This document shows, piece by piece, positions 63,551-64,000 of a stretch of DNA of 64,000 nt. The stretch spans positions 10,838,247 to 10,902,246 of the forward strand of contig CM074521.1 of assembly GCA_037379345.1 (NCBI GenBank). Direction: 5' to 3'. The stretch is from Perna viridis. Its lineage: Eukaryota. The position numbers and the translations under genes are program-made. The notes beneath the pieces were generated by a model that saw only the letters and a list, made by a program, of their open reading frames with translations, ran no database searches and was not told the DNA's origin. The stretch's first letter is position 1; every line of letters begins with the position of its first letter.

Positions 63551-64000
63551 GTATGATATGGAATTGAAGCACTTATTGTAAGTCACTTTTGTCTGCATAG
63601 TTTCAATTGATACTTTCGAGGTAGCTGACGAATTTTAAACTTAAACTTCCGAATATTGCTTAAGATGAAAGTAGCAATTTGGGGGATCTCAGTGACGTAT
63701 AGAGGAATGGGGGTCAGGAGGTTGGAAATCTCTTTTCCTATTTTGATAGATTTTGTTAACTTCGTACAATTTTGGGGTAACATATGGTCCAAATGTAACA
63801 TGGAACCCTATTGTTTTCTTTAACCAAACTCTTTGTATCCGCCATTGGGTCCATCTTTTGATGAGTTGGAGACACGTTCTCCGTTAGATTTTTTATCTCA
63901 ACAATTCTTATAAATAGAAATTTAAGACTGACATAATTCCGTATTAATCATAAAGTACTTTAATTATATCAAATCGATGTTATCCAAAAGCCTAAACCAT

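Overview
AT-rich, repeat-dense eukaryotic DNA with spliceosomal introns. The protein architectures and repeat families suggest a bivalve mollusc (inference). Two + strand multi-exon genes were reconstructed by hand from splice sites and intron phases; most of their exons are missed or mis-framed by the ORF track. Gene 1 (<1..42897, 5' part upstream of the window) has 15 phase-consistent exons (3957 nt, about 1318 aa in the window) plus a candidate 12-nt GC-donor microexon. It encodes a mosaic type I membrane protein: IgGFc-binding-like domain, DxDxDG acidic motif, C-type lectin (QPN variant), linker, second IgGFc-binding-like domain, two DxDxDG motifs, six sushi/CCP domains, an uncharacterised juxtamembrane module with RRKR, a TM helix and a very short tail. 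Gene 2 (53948..>63550) has a signal peptide and a TGF-beta-superfamily prodomain over 4 exons; the mature domain would lie beyond the window. Introns and intergenic DNA hold an RT-deleted Ingi/I-group-like LINE with a perfect 15-bp TSD and a nested SINE tail, a decayed LINE 3' half, a decayed PIF/Harbinger element, many 3' fragments of a Penelope-like retroelement with a conserved hairpin module, a Helentron-associated (HINE-like) element, several MITE families and a set of long imperfect palindromes. All calls are from reading the sequence; no searches were run.
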